NCBI GenBank assembly: GCA_036141575.1
Contig: JAYZXF010000011.1
Location: 173,021 to 205,020, forward strand
Origin: Pseudomonadota bacterium
GTDB taxonomy: Bacteria > Pseudomonadota > Alphaproteobacteria > UBA2136 > JAPKEQ01
Reading direction: 5' to 3'
DNA length: 32,000 bases
Part shown: piece by piece, positions 1 to 8,476 of the stretch
How positions within the stretch are numbered: position 1 is the first letter of the stretch
Layout of the letters: every line of letters begins with the position of its first letter
The notes under the pieces: model-generated
Database searches by the model: none
What the model was told of the DNA's origin: nothing
The model's input: the letters and a program-made list of their open reading frames with translations, nothing else
Position numbers and translations under genes: made by a program

Positions 1-44
1 TGAAAATTATATTTTCGCTATTGGAGAGCGAGTGAGGAGAATTT
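1..44. repeat. Truncated copy (right arm and terminus only) of the palindromic intergenic repeat family also seen at 11170-11287, 21690-21801 and 28978-29096
   Basis: attttcgcta (11-20), gagcga (26-31) and gaattt (39-44) match the right end of copy C (aataattttcgcta..gagcgaattt). It ends 2 nt from the rhodanese stop codon. The left part lies outside the window. Confidence 0.4.
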
Positions 45-45
45 G

Positions 46-369
46 TTAGGCTCTTTCGACAGGGAAGCCTTCTTCTTCCCATTTCTGGATACCACCCATC
101 ATGTTGTACACGTCATCAGGGAAGCCAGCAGCAATCATCTGCTCTCCAGCCATCATTGAGCGTCCACCAGAACGGCATTGCAGAATCAGTTTTTTGCCTT
201 TTTCAAAGGGTACAAGCTCAGGCGAGAAAGTAGATAGAGCAACAAGAGGTGTGTCTCCAATGTGAGCTTCTTCATACTCAAATGGTTCACGTACATCTAC
301 CATAATGGCGTCGCCGGCCTCTAGCCATGCTTTAGCTTCACCTGGAGTAATATCAATAACGTCTGGCAT
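46..369 (-). CDS. Single-domain rhodanese-like sulfurtransferase
   Basis: 107-aa ORF with the active-site loop CRSGGRS at residues 65-71. Its size and layout are typical of stand-alone rhodanese domains. Confidence 0.85.
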   Translation of the reverse strand: MPDVIDITPGEAKAWLEAGDAIMVDVREPFEYEEAHIGDTPLVALSTFSPELVPFEKGKKLILQCRSGGRSMMAGEQMIAAGFPDDVYNMMGGIQKWEEEGFPVERA

Positions 370-382
370 ATCTCTATCTTTC

Positions 383-946
383 TTATTGTTCTTCGAGAGG
401 TTTGAGTGTTTTGCTTTTCACTCGCCCTTTATTAATTTTGCTTGGCACCCACTCAGATGTGTCATCGAGTCTTGGGCCGCCTGTGCCTGTTGGGCGATCT
501 GGGAATTTGCCGAGAGTCATTTGGCGGTCATACATCACCAGTGCTGCGGCAAGGCCAACATTGAGGCAGAACTTTGTTGGGATTTTAATGACGTAATCGC
601 AGCGATCTACAATAGAGGGGGAGAGACTACCACCTTCAGGGCCGAGAATATAAACAGCTTGTTTCGGGTGTGTGAATGACGGCAGGTCAATGGCATCGTC
701 TGTGAGTTCAATCCCAACCAGCCTTGCACCTTTAGGGATTGTAAAGTCTTCTAAACCTTCAAACTCATAAAATGGAAGTTGTTCAAATGTGCGAGAAGTA
801 TCTGCGCCGTAAATGTCTTTCTTCTTGGCGTGCCCTGCAACAGTAAATACAAAGCCTGCACCAAAGGCATGAGCCGTACGCGTAATGGCACCTAAGTTCA
901 TCGGTTTACTAATTTGCTCAACACCAATTCCAAAAAAACCTCTCAT
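383..946 (-). CDS. TrmH/SpoU-family RNA 2'-O-methyltransferase
   Basis: 187 aa. The N-terminus is FFGIGVEQISKPMNLGAITRTAHAFGAGFVF and a later ILGPEGGSLSP motif is typical of SpoU/TrmH methylases. It lies 13 nt upstream of the rhodanese gene on the same strand. Confidence 0.75.
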   Translation of the reverse strand: MRGFFGIGVEQISKPMNLGAITRTAHAFGAGFVFTVAGHAKKKDIYGADTSRTFEQLPFYEFEGLEDFTIPKGARLVGIELTDDAIDLPSFTHPKQAVYILGPEGGSLSPSIVDRCDYVIKIPTKFCLNVGLAAALVMYDRQMTLGKFPDRPTGTGGPRLDDTSEWVPSKINKGRVKSKTLKPLEEQ

Positions 947-1099
947 AAGAGCTTCCTATCACTTTATTAGATAGTCGCCAAAATACCTCAACCCCTTTAT
1001 AAAATCTACCCTTGTATGGCCTGTGGGGTGGATTCAGGTCTTCTCTGCGCGTATGATGGAGAGGAAATATGCATATTAATATATAATAAAAACAAAGCT

Positions 1100-2848
1100 A
1101 TGAACTTTAATCAGGCCATTCAATTGAGTGCCCAACTGTTAGGTGGTGGGCGTTTTGCTGATGCAAAAAAAATCTGTGAACAAATCATTAAACAAGTCCC
1201 GAACCATGCGGATGCGCATCACTTTTTAGGTCTTGCGCGTCACCAACTTGGTGAAAGTAAGGAAGGGATTCAGTCGATCCAAAAAGCGATTCAGATTGAC
1301 CAGAATCAGCCGGGCTTCCATATGAACCTTGCTCATGTTTTGCGTGAAGTGGGCCGCACAGATGAAGCGAAGAATTATTACAAAAACGCCCTGAAGCTGA
1401 ACCCAGAAAACATGCAGGCCATTCTTGGTTTGGGGCAGTGTGCGATTGCAGAGCGCCAGCCCAAAGAAGCGCTAGAATTTTTTGAAAAGGCGAAAGGCGG
1501 TGAGAATATTTTCCATGGTGTTGTCCTCAGCCAGATGGTGATTGCTCATATTATGCTGGGTGAAGAATCTCTTGCCATTTCTAAATTGGAAGAAGCGATT
1601 GCTACAGCACCTGAAGATCCTATGCTGATTTCAACGCTTGGGAGTTTGTACCAATCTGAAGAGCGTTACGCCGACGCGAAAAAGCAGTATGAAAAAGCTT
1701 ACAAGATTCAGCCAAGCGTCATGAGTGCAGGTAACCTGGGTGCAGTGTGCATGATTATGGGTGATATGGACGCTTCTGAGAACTACTTGAAAAAAGCAAT
1801 TGAACTGGATAAAACACATGGCTCGGCGTACTACCACCTAAGCGCTGTTTCTGATGATGCCTTTAAGGCGTATGAAGCAGAAGCAATTAAACTTGCTGAA
1901 AGTGCGGAGCTGAAAGAGTACGACCGTGCACGTATGCATTTTGCCCTGTACCGTTTCTACAAAAAACAAAAGGCGACAGATAAGGCTATTGATCACCTTC
2001 TAAAAGGGAATGCGCTTTATAAGCCTCTCGCACCATTTGAAATGAAGTCTGAAAAAGCCTTCTTCAAAATGGCAGCCGATGTGATTTTACCTGAGCGCCT
2101 AGATCGCCTCATGGCGAGTGGCAACAGCTCTGATGCGCCAATCTTTATTATTGGTATGCCGCGTAGTGGCACAACGCTTACTGAGCAGATTTTGTCGACC
2201 CATAGTGCTGTGCAAGGTATGGGTGAGTTGAAGTATGTGGCGCAAGCTCTGGGTGGTCGCCCGTATGAGCCTGCGCATTACGGCAAACTTGCTGATGAAG
2301 ACTTTGCGGAAAAGTCAGATTGGTACTTGGAGCAAGTGCAAGAAAAAGGCTGGAGTGGTCAGGGTCGCTTTACAGATAAAATGCCGAGTAACTTTTTATA
2401 CGTATCAGGTATTCGTGCCATGTTCCCGAAAGCGAAGATCGTTCATGTTCAGCGCTCGCCAATGTCAACGTGCTTTTCTAACTTTGAGCAGTTGTTTGCT
2501 GAAGGGCAGCATTGGTGCTATGACCAGAAAACACTGGGGCAGTACTACGGCCTTTATAGCCAGCTGATGAAATACTTTGAGTCGTACGAGAACCTCGATA
2601 TGTTTACATTGTCTTATGAGGATCTTGTTAACGATACCGAAAACACGGTGAAAGCTTTACTTGAATACTGTGAACTGCCATGGGAAGACACTGTTCTTGA
2701 TTTTCACAAGCAAGAGCGTGATGTACAAACAGCAAGTGCAACGCAAGTGCGCCAGCCTATGTATAAAGGTTCACTGGAGAGCTGGAAGAAATACGAGACT
2801 GAACTGTCAGTCCTTAAGGAAACACTCATCTCGGAGGGTGTTCTGTGA
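1100..2848 (+). CDS. TPR-repeat protein fused to a C-terminal PAPS-type sulfotransferase domain (paralog 1)
   Basis: The start was moved to the ATG at 1100 because MNFNQAIQ.. aligns with the N-termini of paralogs 2 and 3. The N-terminal half has TPR-like repeats. The 5'-PSB-like motif is GMPRSGTTLTEQILSTH, the 3'-PB-like motif is VQRSPMSTCFSNF, and the C-terminal motif is SATQVRQPMYKGSLESWKKYE. Confidence 0.8.
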   Translation: MNFNQAIQLSAQLLGGGRFADAKKICEQIIKQVPNHADAHHFLGLARHQLGESKEGIQSIQKAIQIDQNQPGFHMNLAHVLREVGRTDEAKNYYKNALKLNPENMQAILGLGQCAIAERQPKEALEFFEKAKGGENIFHGVVLSQMVIAHIMLGEESLAISKLEEAIATAPEDPMLISTLGSLYQSEERYADAKKQYEKAYKIQPSVMSAGNLGAVCMIMGDMDASENYLKKAIELDKTHGSAYYHLSAVSDDAFKAYEAEAIKLAESAELKEYDRARMHFALYRFYKKQKATDKAIDHLLKGNALYKPLAPFEMKSEKAFFKMAADVILPERLDRLMASGNSSDAPIFIIGMPRSGTTLTEQILSTHSAVQGMGELKYVAQALGGRPYEPAHYGKLADEDFAEKSDWYLEQVQEKGWSGQGRFTDKMPSNFLYVSGIRAMFPKAKIVHVQRSPMSTCFSNFEQLFAEGQHWCYDQKTLGQYYGLYSQLMKYFESYENLDMFTLSYEDLVNDTENTVKALLEYCELPWEDTVLDFHKQERDVQTASATQVRQPMYKGSLESWKKYETELSVLKETLISEGVL

Positions 2849-4635
2849 ACGCGCAAGTGATGCAAATGCTCCAGCAGGCTGTAGGTCTTCACCAATCTGG
2901 ACGCCTTGGGGAGGCGGGGAAGTTATATGATGCTGTACTCAAACAAAACCCGAAACAGGCAGATGCACTTCACCTTAAAGGGGTGATTCATATGAGTACG
3001 GGAGATTTCCCTACGGCAGAAAAGCTTATGCAAAAAGCCCTCAAACAAGATAAGCGCAACCCAGCCATTTGGGGTAACATGGGCGCCACATATCTGGGGC
3101 AGAAAAAGTACATTCAAGCGAGAGATGCTTATACAAATGCACTGACCTTAAACCCCCAGTATGCTGAAGGTTTGCAAGGTAAAGGAATTGCGCAATATAT
3201 GTTGGGCGATGTGTCTGATGCGAAAGTCTCATTTGTGCAGGCCATTGCGATTAAGGACGCCCTTCCTCAGAGTTACTATCATTTAGGCCTTCTTTATAAA
3301 GATGAGCATGACTTTTCTTCTGCAGAGAAAAACCTAACGAAGGCACTAAGCCTTACACCCACAGATACAGATATTAAGCTCGCATGCGGGGTTCTTAAAA
3401 TGCAGATGGAGCGTGTGGGTGAGGCGGTTCAGATTTTTAAGGAGCTTTATGAGGCAGATGTAAAAACAGTTCCTCTGTATGTGAATTATGCGCGTGCTCT
3501 CATGCTTGCAGGTGATTTAAATGGTGCAAAAGAGATGGTTCATGCCGGTCATGTTGAGCATCCAAATCACTCCCGTATTCTTTCTCTTTATACACTTCTT
3601 GATAAAACGCCTCCTGAAAGCGAAGTGTTCAGGTCTCTAGAAGCACTATACCCGCAAACAGATAAAAAGAGTGCAGACCGTAAGCGTGTTTGCTTTGGTT
3701 TGGCGCGTGGTTTAGAGCACGGTAAACAGTTTCCTGAAAGCATGCCGTACTGGATTGAAGGGAACGCCATCAAGCGTGCTGACATTGAATACGATGCAGA
3801 ACGTATGAAATCTTTTATACAGAGTATGAAGGATATGTTTACACCTGAGTTTATCGAAGGTTTAAAAGGCGCAGGTATTCAGGATGAAACACCTGTGTTT
3901 GTTGTGGGTATGCCGCGTAGCGGAACAACGCTTACAGAGCAAATTCTATCTACGCATCCAGATATCTTTGCTGCGGGTGAAAGAGATCATTTGCAAGATG
4001 TTCTACAAATTAAAGATCGTCATGGTTTTAACACAAAACCGCTTGATGAATGGAATAGACCTATCACGCCCGAAACTTTGATGATATGGGCAGAAAACTA
4101 TTTGAAGAAGCTAAAAGCTGATGCGGGCGAAAGTGCTTACACATTTATCAGTGATAAAATGCCAAGCAACTCACTCTTTATTGGCTTTATTAAATTAATG
4201 TTTCCAAATGCTAAAATTATTCACTGCGCGCGCAGCGGTATGGCGACGTGCCTTTCTTGCTTTAAGCAAGATTTTACCTATGGGCAAGGTTACGCATATG
4301 ACCTTGAAGAACTCGGGGATTATTACACATGGCATGAAGACTTGATTGCGCATTGGAAGGCGCTTTTCCCGGGTGGGTTCTATACATCTCAGTATGAGAG
4401 CTTGGTTGCAAACCAAGAAGAAGCCACACAGAAACTCTTCGAGTATATCGGCCTCGATGTGCCAGAAGGGGCAGGGGATTTCCATAAACAAGATCGTGAT
4501 GTGATGACAGCAAGTGCCTCTCAAGTGCGCCAGCCTATGTACACAGGATCTCTAGATAAATGGAAACGATACGGCGATAGCTTGAATGTACTGGCAGATA
4601 AAATTGCTCATTTAGAGCCTGAGGTGAAGGTGTAG
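2845..4635 (+). CDS. TPR-repeat + sulfotransferase domain protein (paralog 2)
   Basis: The GTG start at 2845 overlaps the stop of paralog 1 (GTGA), with GGAGG 6 nt upstream. Motifs are GMPRSGTTLTEQILSTH, CARSGMATCLSCF and SASQVRQPMYTGSLDKWKRYG. Confidence 0.8.
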   Translation: MNAQVMQMLQQAVGLHQSGRLGEAGKLYDAVLKQNPKQADALHLKGVIHMSTGDFPTAEKLMQKALKQDKRNPAIWGNMGATYLGQKKYIQARDAYTNALTLNPQYAEGLQGKGIAQYMLGDVSDAKVSFVQAIAIKDALPQSYYHLGLLYKDEHDFSSAEKNLTKALSLTPTDTDIKLACGVLKMQMERVGEAVQIFKELYEADVKTVPLYVNYARALMLAGDLNGAKEMVHAGHVEHPNHSRILSLYTLLDKTPPESEVFRSLEALYPQTDKKSADRKRVCFGLARGLEHGKQFPESMPYWIEGNAIKRADIEYDAERMKSFIQSMKDMFTPEFIEGLKGAGIQDETPVFVVGMPRSGTTLTEQILSTHPDIFAAGERDHLQDVLQIKDRHGFNTKPLDEWNRPITPETLMIWAENYLKKLKADAGESAYTFISDKMPSNSLFIGFIKLMFPNAKIIHCARSGMATCLSCFKQDFTYGQGYAYDLEELGDYYTWHEDLIAHWKALFPGGFYTSQYESLVANQEEATQKLFEYIGLDVPEGAGDFHKQDRDVMTASASQVRQPMYTGSLDKWKRYGDSLNVLADKIAHLEPEVKV

Positions 4636-4637
4636 GT

Positions 4638-6548
4638 ATGGGTGACGTGCTTGGCATCTTAAAACTTGCACTTCAGGCCCATCAGTCTGGAGACTTGAAG
4701 AAAGCTGAAGAGCTTTACAACCAAGTTTTAAAGCAGCAAGCCAACCAGCCCGATGCGTTGCATCTTCTTTCAGCTCTTAAAAAACAGCAAGGCTATATGT
4801 TGGACGCAAAGTCTCTAGCAGAAAAGGCTGTTCAATTGCGCCCCAACATGCCTGATGCATGGAGTAACCTTGCGGGAATTCACTTGGCTTTACATGATGT
4901 TGCCGGTGCAGAAACAGCCTTTAAAAACGCTGTAGTACATAGGGTGGATGATGCGAAATATCACTTAGATTTAGTCCGTTTTTACCAATCTCAAAACAAC
5001 ACTGTGGCGGCCAAAGCCGCTTCTGAAAGCTTTTTAAAGCATTGCCCTAAAGTGCAAGAAGCTTGGTTTTGGCATAGCCAAATGCTTGCAGCAAATGGTG
5101 AGTTTGAAGCTGCATCCGTTGTGGCATCTAAGGCTGTGAATGCGCTGCCGCAAAGTGCAGATGTTTACTATAACCTTGGCCTAATTCTTCTGAAAATGTC
5201 TGACTTTGATGGCGCGAGAACAGCAACGACACAAGCTTTGAACTTAAAACCTCACCATCCACATCTGCTGATTCAGATGGGTATGATTGAGATGGGGTGC
5301 AGAGATTATAAAGAGGCTTTAGTATGGCTCGAACAGGCAGCGGCCCATCAAGATGTAGCGCTGACTGCTTACACGGCACTTGCTGAAGTGTATGAAAAGT
5401 TAAATAACACGAGTAAAGCATCTGATGCGGTTCAAAAGGGGCTTGCCATTAAATCTGATGCATCAGTTCTTCTTTATGTTAAGGCGCTTCTTGCGCGACG
5501 TAATGGGGATTTGGAACAGGCTGAAGCGCTTTTGAAAAAAGTGCTCTCACAGCCTCTACCGCCTCAACATAAAGTGATGGTGATGTTTGAAGAAGGACGC
5601 GTGTTAGACCGCCTTGAGAGGCATGATGAGGCTTATCAAGCTTTAGTTGGTGCCAATGGGCTTTATGCAAAGCTTTCCCCTCAGGTTGAAGTGCAGAAGC
5701 AAAATTATTTAGATGAAATGGAGCGGTTGCAGAAAGCTCTTTCAGGCTATACGCAGCATAAACAGTTTGACGTATCTCACCCTCCTTTAGTGTTTTTAAT
5801 TGGCTTCCCTCGAAGTGGCACCACGCTTCTTGATCAGATTTTAGATGCGCACTCAGGCATTAAGGTGATGGAAGAGCAGGATTGTGTGACAGAGATGCTT
5901 TCACATGCGCTTGAGGGTGACCGTACCGTAGTTGATAGCTATGACAGCCTTTCTAAAAAGGATATTGAGGAGCTCCAAAAGTTATATTGGAGTAATGTGG
6001 AGAAGGTGCTTGGCGGGCGTCCAAAGGAGATGCTTGTTGATAAGTATCCATTAAATATTACCAAGGCCATTTATTTGAGAAAAATTTTCCCAAGTGCGAA
6101 GTTTATCTTTGCAACGCGTCACCCGTTTGATGTGGTGCTTAGTAACTTTATGCAAAGTTTTGAGATGAATGCTGCTATGGCAAACTTCCTTAAAGTTGAA
6201 GATGCGGTTCATTTGTATGACCAGATTTTAAGCCTGTGGGAAGAGACATCGAAAGCCACTGATTTTGATGTGCATTACATTGCTTATGAAGATGTTGTGC
6301 AAGATATGGAGAGCCAAGCACGAGCCCTTCTTAAGTTTGTTGATATGCCATGGGAAGACGGTGTTCTTAAGTACCGTGAACGCTCTTCATCAGAAAAAAC
6401 AATTCAAACCCCAAGTTATAGCCAAGTTGTTGAACCGATTTACCAGCGCGCCAAAGGGCGTTGGGAATCATACAAAGATGTTTTTGAACCGTATATAAGC
6501 GTCATGAAACCGCATTTAAAGTTTCTTGGATATAAATCGTCTAAATAG
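4638..6548 (+). CDS. TPR-repeat + sulfotransferase domain protein (paralog 3, more divergent)
   Basis: The ATG lies 2 nt after the TAG of paralog 2. Motifs are GFPRSGTTLLDQILDAH, ATRHPFDVVLSNF and YSQVVEPIYQRAKGRWESY. The TPR-like N-terminal half is longer than in paralogs 1 and 2. Confidence 0.8.
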   Translation: MGDVLGILKLALQAHQSGDLKKAEELYNQVLKQQANQPDALHLLSALKKQQGYMLDAKSLAEKAVQLRPNMPDAWSNLAGIHLALHDVAGAETAFKNAVVHRVDDAKYHLDLVRFYQSQNNTVAAKAASESFLKHCPKVQEAWFWHSQMLAANGEFEAASVVASKAVNALPQSADVYYNLGLILLKMSDFDGARTATTQALNLKPHHPHLLIQMGMIEMGCRDYKEALVWLEQAAAHQDVALTAYTALAEVYEKLNNTSKASDAVQKGLAIKSDASVLLYVKALLARRNGDLEQAEALLKKVLSQPLPPQHKVMVMFEEGRVLDRLERHDEAYQALVGANGLYAKLSPQVEVQKQNYLDEMERLQKALSGYTQHKQFDVSHPPLVFLIGFPRSGTTLLDQILDAHSGIKVMEEQDCVTEMLSHALEGDRTVVDSYDSLSKKDIEELQKLYWSNVEKVLGGRPKEMLVDKYPLNITKAIYLRKIFPSAKFIFATRHPFDVVLSNFMQSFEMNAAMANFLKVEDAVHLYDQILSLWEETSKATDFDVHYIAYEDVVQDMESQARALLKFVDMPWEDGVLKYRERSSSEKTIQTPSYSQVVEPIYQRAKGRWESYKDVFEPYISVMKPHLKFLGYKSSK

Positions 6549-6627
6549 CCTTTAAGTATACAGCCTGTCCTGTTAGGTTAGGGGAAATTCATCTGACTTA
6601 TCTTTTCTTTTTCTAAGGAGATCCCTT

Positions 6628-7119
6628 ATGAAATCTTTAGGGTTCATGCAGGAGATAACTGTTCGATTGAACTTTGATGCTGACGTGAACTTGGAAGACG
6701 CTGAAAAAGCGCTCTTTGAAAAGGCTTATCACACCAAGTCAGCTCTGCAACTTGCTTGCGATATCTGTTTTGCTATCCGCCGTGATATCTCTAAGTGGCT
6801 TGCGCGTCATCCTGTAGAGGTGCGTCGAGAGCCGATTTCTAATTCTCTTATTGTGACTTTAGAAACTTACGATATTGCAGCAGAGCGTACTGTTGGCTTT
6901 ATGATGGATGTGCTTGCGGTTCTTGTGGATCCAGCGCGCGATGTTGGCCCTATGCCAAAAGAGTTTGCCATCCGAAAGGCGGACTTGTACGTTACTGCGC
7001 TTCAGCCAGACTGGTACGCAGCCATCTTGAATGAAGAGCTAGAAGGCCAGTTTCAGGCAACCTTTGAACCAGCTGAAAGAGGCAAGTTGCTCGAGTTCCC
7101 ATGGGAACAGGACAGTTAA
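6628..7119 (+). CDS. Hypothetical acidic 163-aa protein, last gene of the sulfotransferase operon
   Basis: AAGGAG lies 7-8 nt upstream of the ATG. No terminator separates it from paralog 3, and an intrinsic terminator follows it. I recognise no motif. Confidence 0.6.
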   Translation: MKSLGFMQEITVRLNFDADVNLEDAEKALFEKAYHTKSALQLACDICFAIRRDISKWLARHPVEVRREPISNSLIVTLETYDIAAERTVGFMMDVLAVLVDPARDVGPMPKEFAIRKADLYVTALQPDWYAAILNEELEGQFQATFEPAERGKLLEFPWEQDS

Positions 7120-7137
7120 AATACGAAAAATCGAAAG

Positions 7138-7164
7138 AAAGGCGCATTTATGTGCCTTTTTTTA
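7138..7164 (+). terminator. Rho-independent terminator after the sulfotransferase operon
   Basis: The stem is aggcgca (7140-7146) / tgtgcct (7151-7157) with one G-U pair and a 4-nt loop, followed by a run of 7 T. Confidence 0.6.
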
Positions 7165-7193
7165 TTGCATTTTTTAGCGCTCTCCCCTATAAC
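7165..7193 (+). promoter_or_regulatory. Candidate sigma-70-type promoter for rplS
   Basis: TTGCAT (7165-7170) - 17 nt - TATAAC (7188-7193). This would give a leader of about 120 nt before the rplS ATG. Confidence 0.3.
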
Positions 7194-7319
7194 GCCTCTG
7201 TATCTTTTGAATTGGATACACAGTTGTATGCCTCTGTTGGCGAAAGTGCCTACCTGAAATGAACAAGCATGCGGATGTTAAGCGCCAGAAGAACTGGCAT
7301 TATTTTTTGGAGAGAGACC

Positions 7320-7694
7320 ATGAACATTATTGAGCAAATCAACAAAGAAACTGTTGAAACACTTGGTAAAGAAATCCCTGCATTTAGCGTAGGTGACACA
7401 CTAAAAGTTTTTGTAAAAGTAACTGAGGGTACGCGTGAGCGTCTGCAGGCCTTTGAAGGTGTTTGCATTGCACGCAAAAACAACAGCGTTAACTCTAACT
7501 TCACTGTACGTAAGCTTTCTTTCGGTGAAGGTGTTGAGCGTGTATTCCCACTTTACTCACCAGTAATTGACCGCATTGAACTTGTACGTCGTGGTGATGT
7601 ACGTCGTGCGAAGCTTTACTACCTTCGTGGCCGTCGTGGTAAGTCTGCTCGTATTGCAGAGAAAAACGACTACGCGAAAAAAGCTGACGCATAA
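7320..7694 (+). CDS. rplS: 50S ribosomal protein L19
   Basis: [43 protein letters not shown] is classic L19. The start was set at the ATG at 7320, preceded by GGAGAGAG; the ORF-track extension from 7269 is discounted. Confidence 0.95.
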   Translation: MNIIEQINKETVETLGKEIPAFSVGDTLKVFVKVTEGTRERLQAFEGVCIARKNNSVNSNFTVRKLSFGEGVERVFPLYSPVIDRIELVRRGDVRRAKLYYLRGRRGKSARIAEKNDYAKKADA

Positions 7695-7710
7695 GTCGGA
7701 TCGTTTCGAA

Positions 7711-7740
7711 AAAAAACAGCCCTCACGGGCTGTTTTTTTA
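7711..7740 (+). terminator. Rho-independent terminator after rplS
   Basis: cagccc (7717-7722) / gggctg (7727-7732) with loop tcac, followed by 7 T. An A-run lies upstream. Confidence 0.75.
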
Positions 7741-7781
7741 TATTCTAAAGACAGGTTATCTCTGTGCAAAAGATGATTTTT

Positions 7782-7790
7782 TGGTACAAT
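7782..7790 (+). promoter_or_regulatory. Candidate extended -10 promoter (TGgTACAAT) for the Lon N-domain gene
   Basis: The TGn-TACAAT motif lies about 39 nt upstream of the ATG at 7829. There is no good -35 element. Confidence 0.3.
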
Positions 7791-7828
7791 GGAATAACTG
7801 AAATAAACAGAAAAAATAAAACGTAAAT

Positions 7829-8458
7829 ATGTTACCAATTTTTCCACTGACTTCAGTGCTTTTGCCGGGGTCTTCTACACAGCTTAAAATTCTTGAACCT
7901 CGTTACGTGGCTATGCTGGAGCGCTGTATTGAAAACAACGAAACTTTTGGCCTTGTATATTGCCGCAACCAAAAGGATGAGCAGGGCACAATGAAAAGTG
8001 TGGGCTGTGAGGCTTACATTACCGACCACCAAGATATGGGTGATGGCACACATAAAATTACAGTGGAAGGTGGACGCCGTTTTTCAGTAGGCGCACTGGA
8101 TACACACCCTGAAGGGTACTACTGCGCTCATGTTGATTTTCTGGCGGATAACATGGATGTAGATGCAGAAGATATTCTGATGAAAACAGCCGGTGAACTA
8201 GCAAGTATTTATGAAGATCTTCTCGCGAGTATTGAGCCTGATATGGTACGTGTGCATGTGGGTGAAGATGTTCTGCCGCATGATAGTTATAAGCTTCTCA
8301 ACGCCATGATTCTTCCAGATGAAAAACGTCAGAGCCTGCTTGAGATTGATTCAATTGGCGTAAGATTTCAGCAAACAGTAGATCTGCTGCGTACAGAAAT
8401 TCAAACCCTCCGTTTCCTTCTTGCTGAGCAAGATGGTATGGCAACCGTAACGCACTAA
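7829..8458 (+). CDS. LON N-terminal (substrate-binding) domain-containing protein
   Basis: The N-terminus MLPIFPLTSVLLPGSSTQLKILEPRYVAMLERC is the typical start of stand-alone Lon N-domain proteins. 209 aa with no ATPase or protease part. Confidence 0.8.
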   Translation: MLPIFPLTSVLLPGSSTQLKILEPRYVAMLERCIENNETFGLVYCRNQKDEQGTMKSVGCEAYITDHQDMGDGTHKITVEGGRRFSVGALDTHPEGYYCAHVDFLADNMDVDAEDILMKTAGELASIYEDLLASIEPDMVRVHVGEDVLPHDSYKLLNAMILPDEKRQSLLEIDSIGVRFQQTVDLLRTEIQTLRFLLAEQDGMATVTH

Positions 8459-8476
8459 GGACAGTATAAACCGCTT

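Noticed and set aside
305-679. 124-aa + strand ORF (and 402-596) overlapping the rhodanese and TrmH genes
   Set aside because: It is antisense to two well-supported genes. It has low-complexity, Cys/Phe/Trp-rich composition and no SD. It is a typical shadow ORF.
1016-1099. N-terminal extension of sulfotransferase 1 from the ORF-track start
   Set aside because: There is no SD. The extension (MACGVDSGLLCAYDGEEICILIYNKNKA) has no counterpart in paralogs 2 and 3, whose N-termini align with the Met at 1100.
6565-7115. Perfect 10-bp inverted repeat (ctgtcctgtt at 6565-6574, aacaggacag at 7106-7115) flanking the orphan 163-aa gene
   Set aside because: It looked like possible mobile-cassette ends. 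However, a single 10-mer pair is within chance expectation for some gene in a 32-kb window. The right copy lies inside the coding sequence, and there are no target-site duplications or recombinase.
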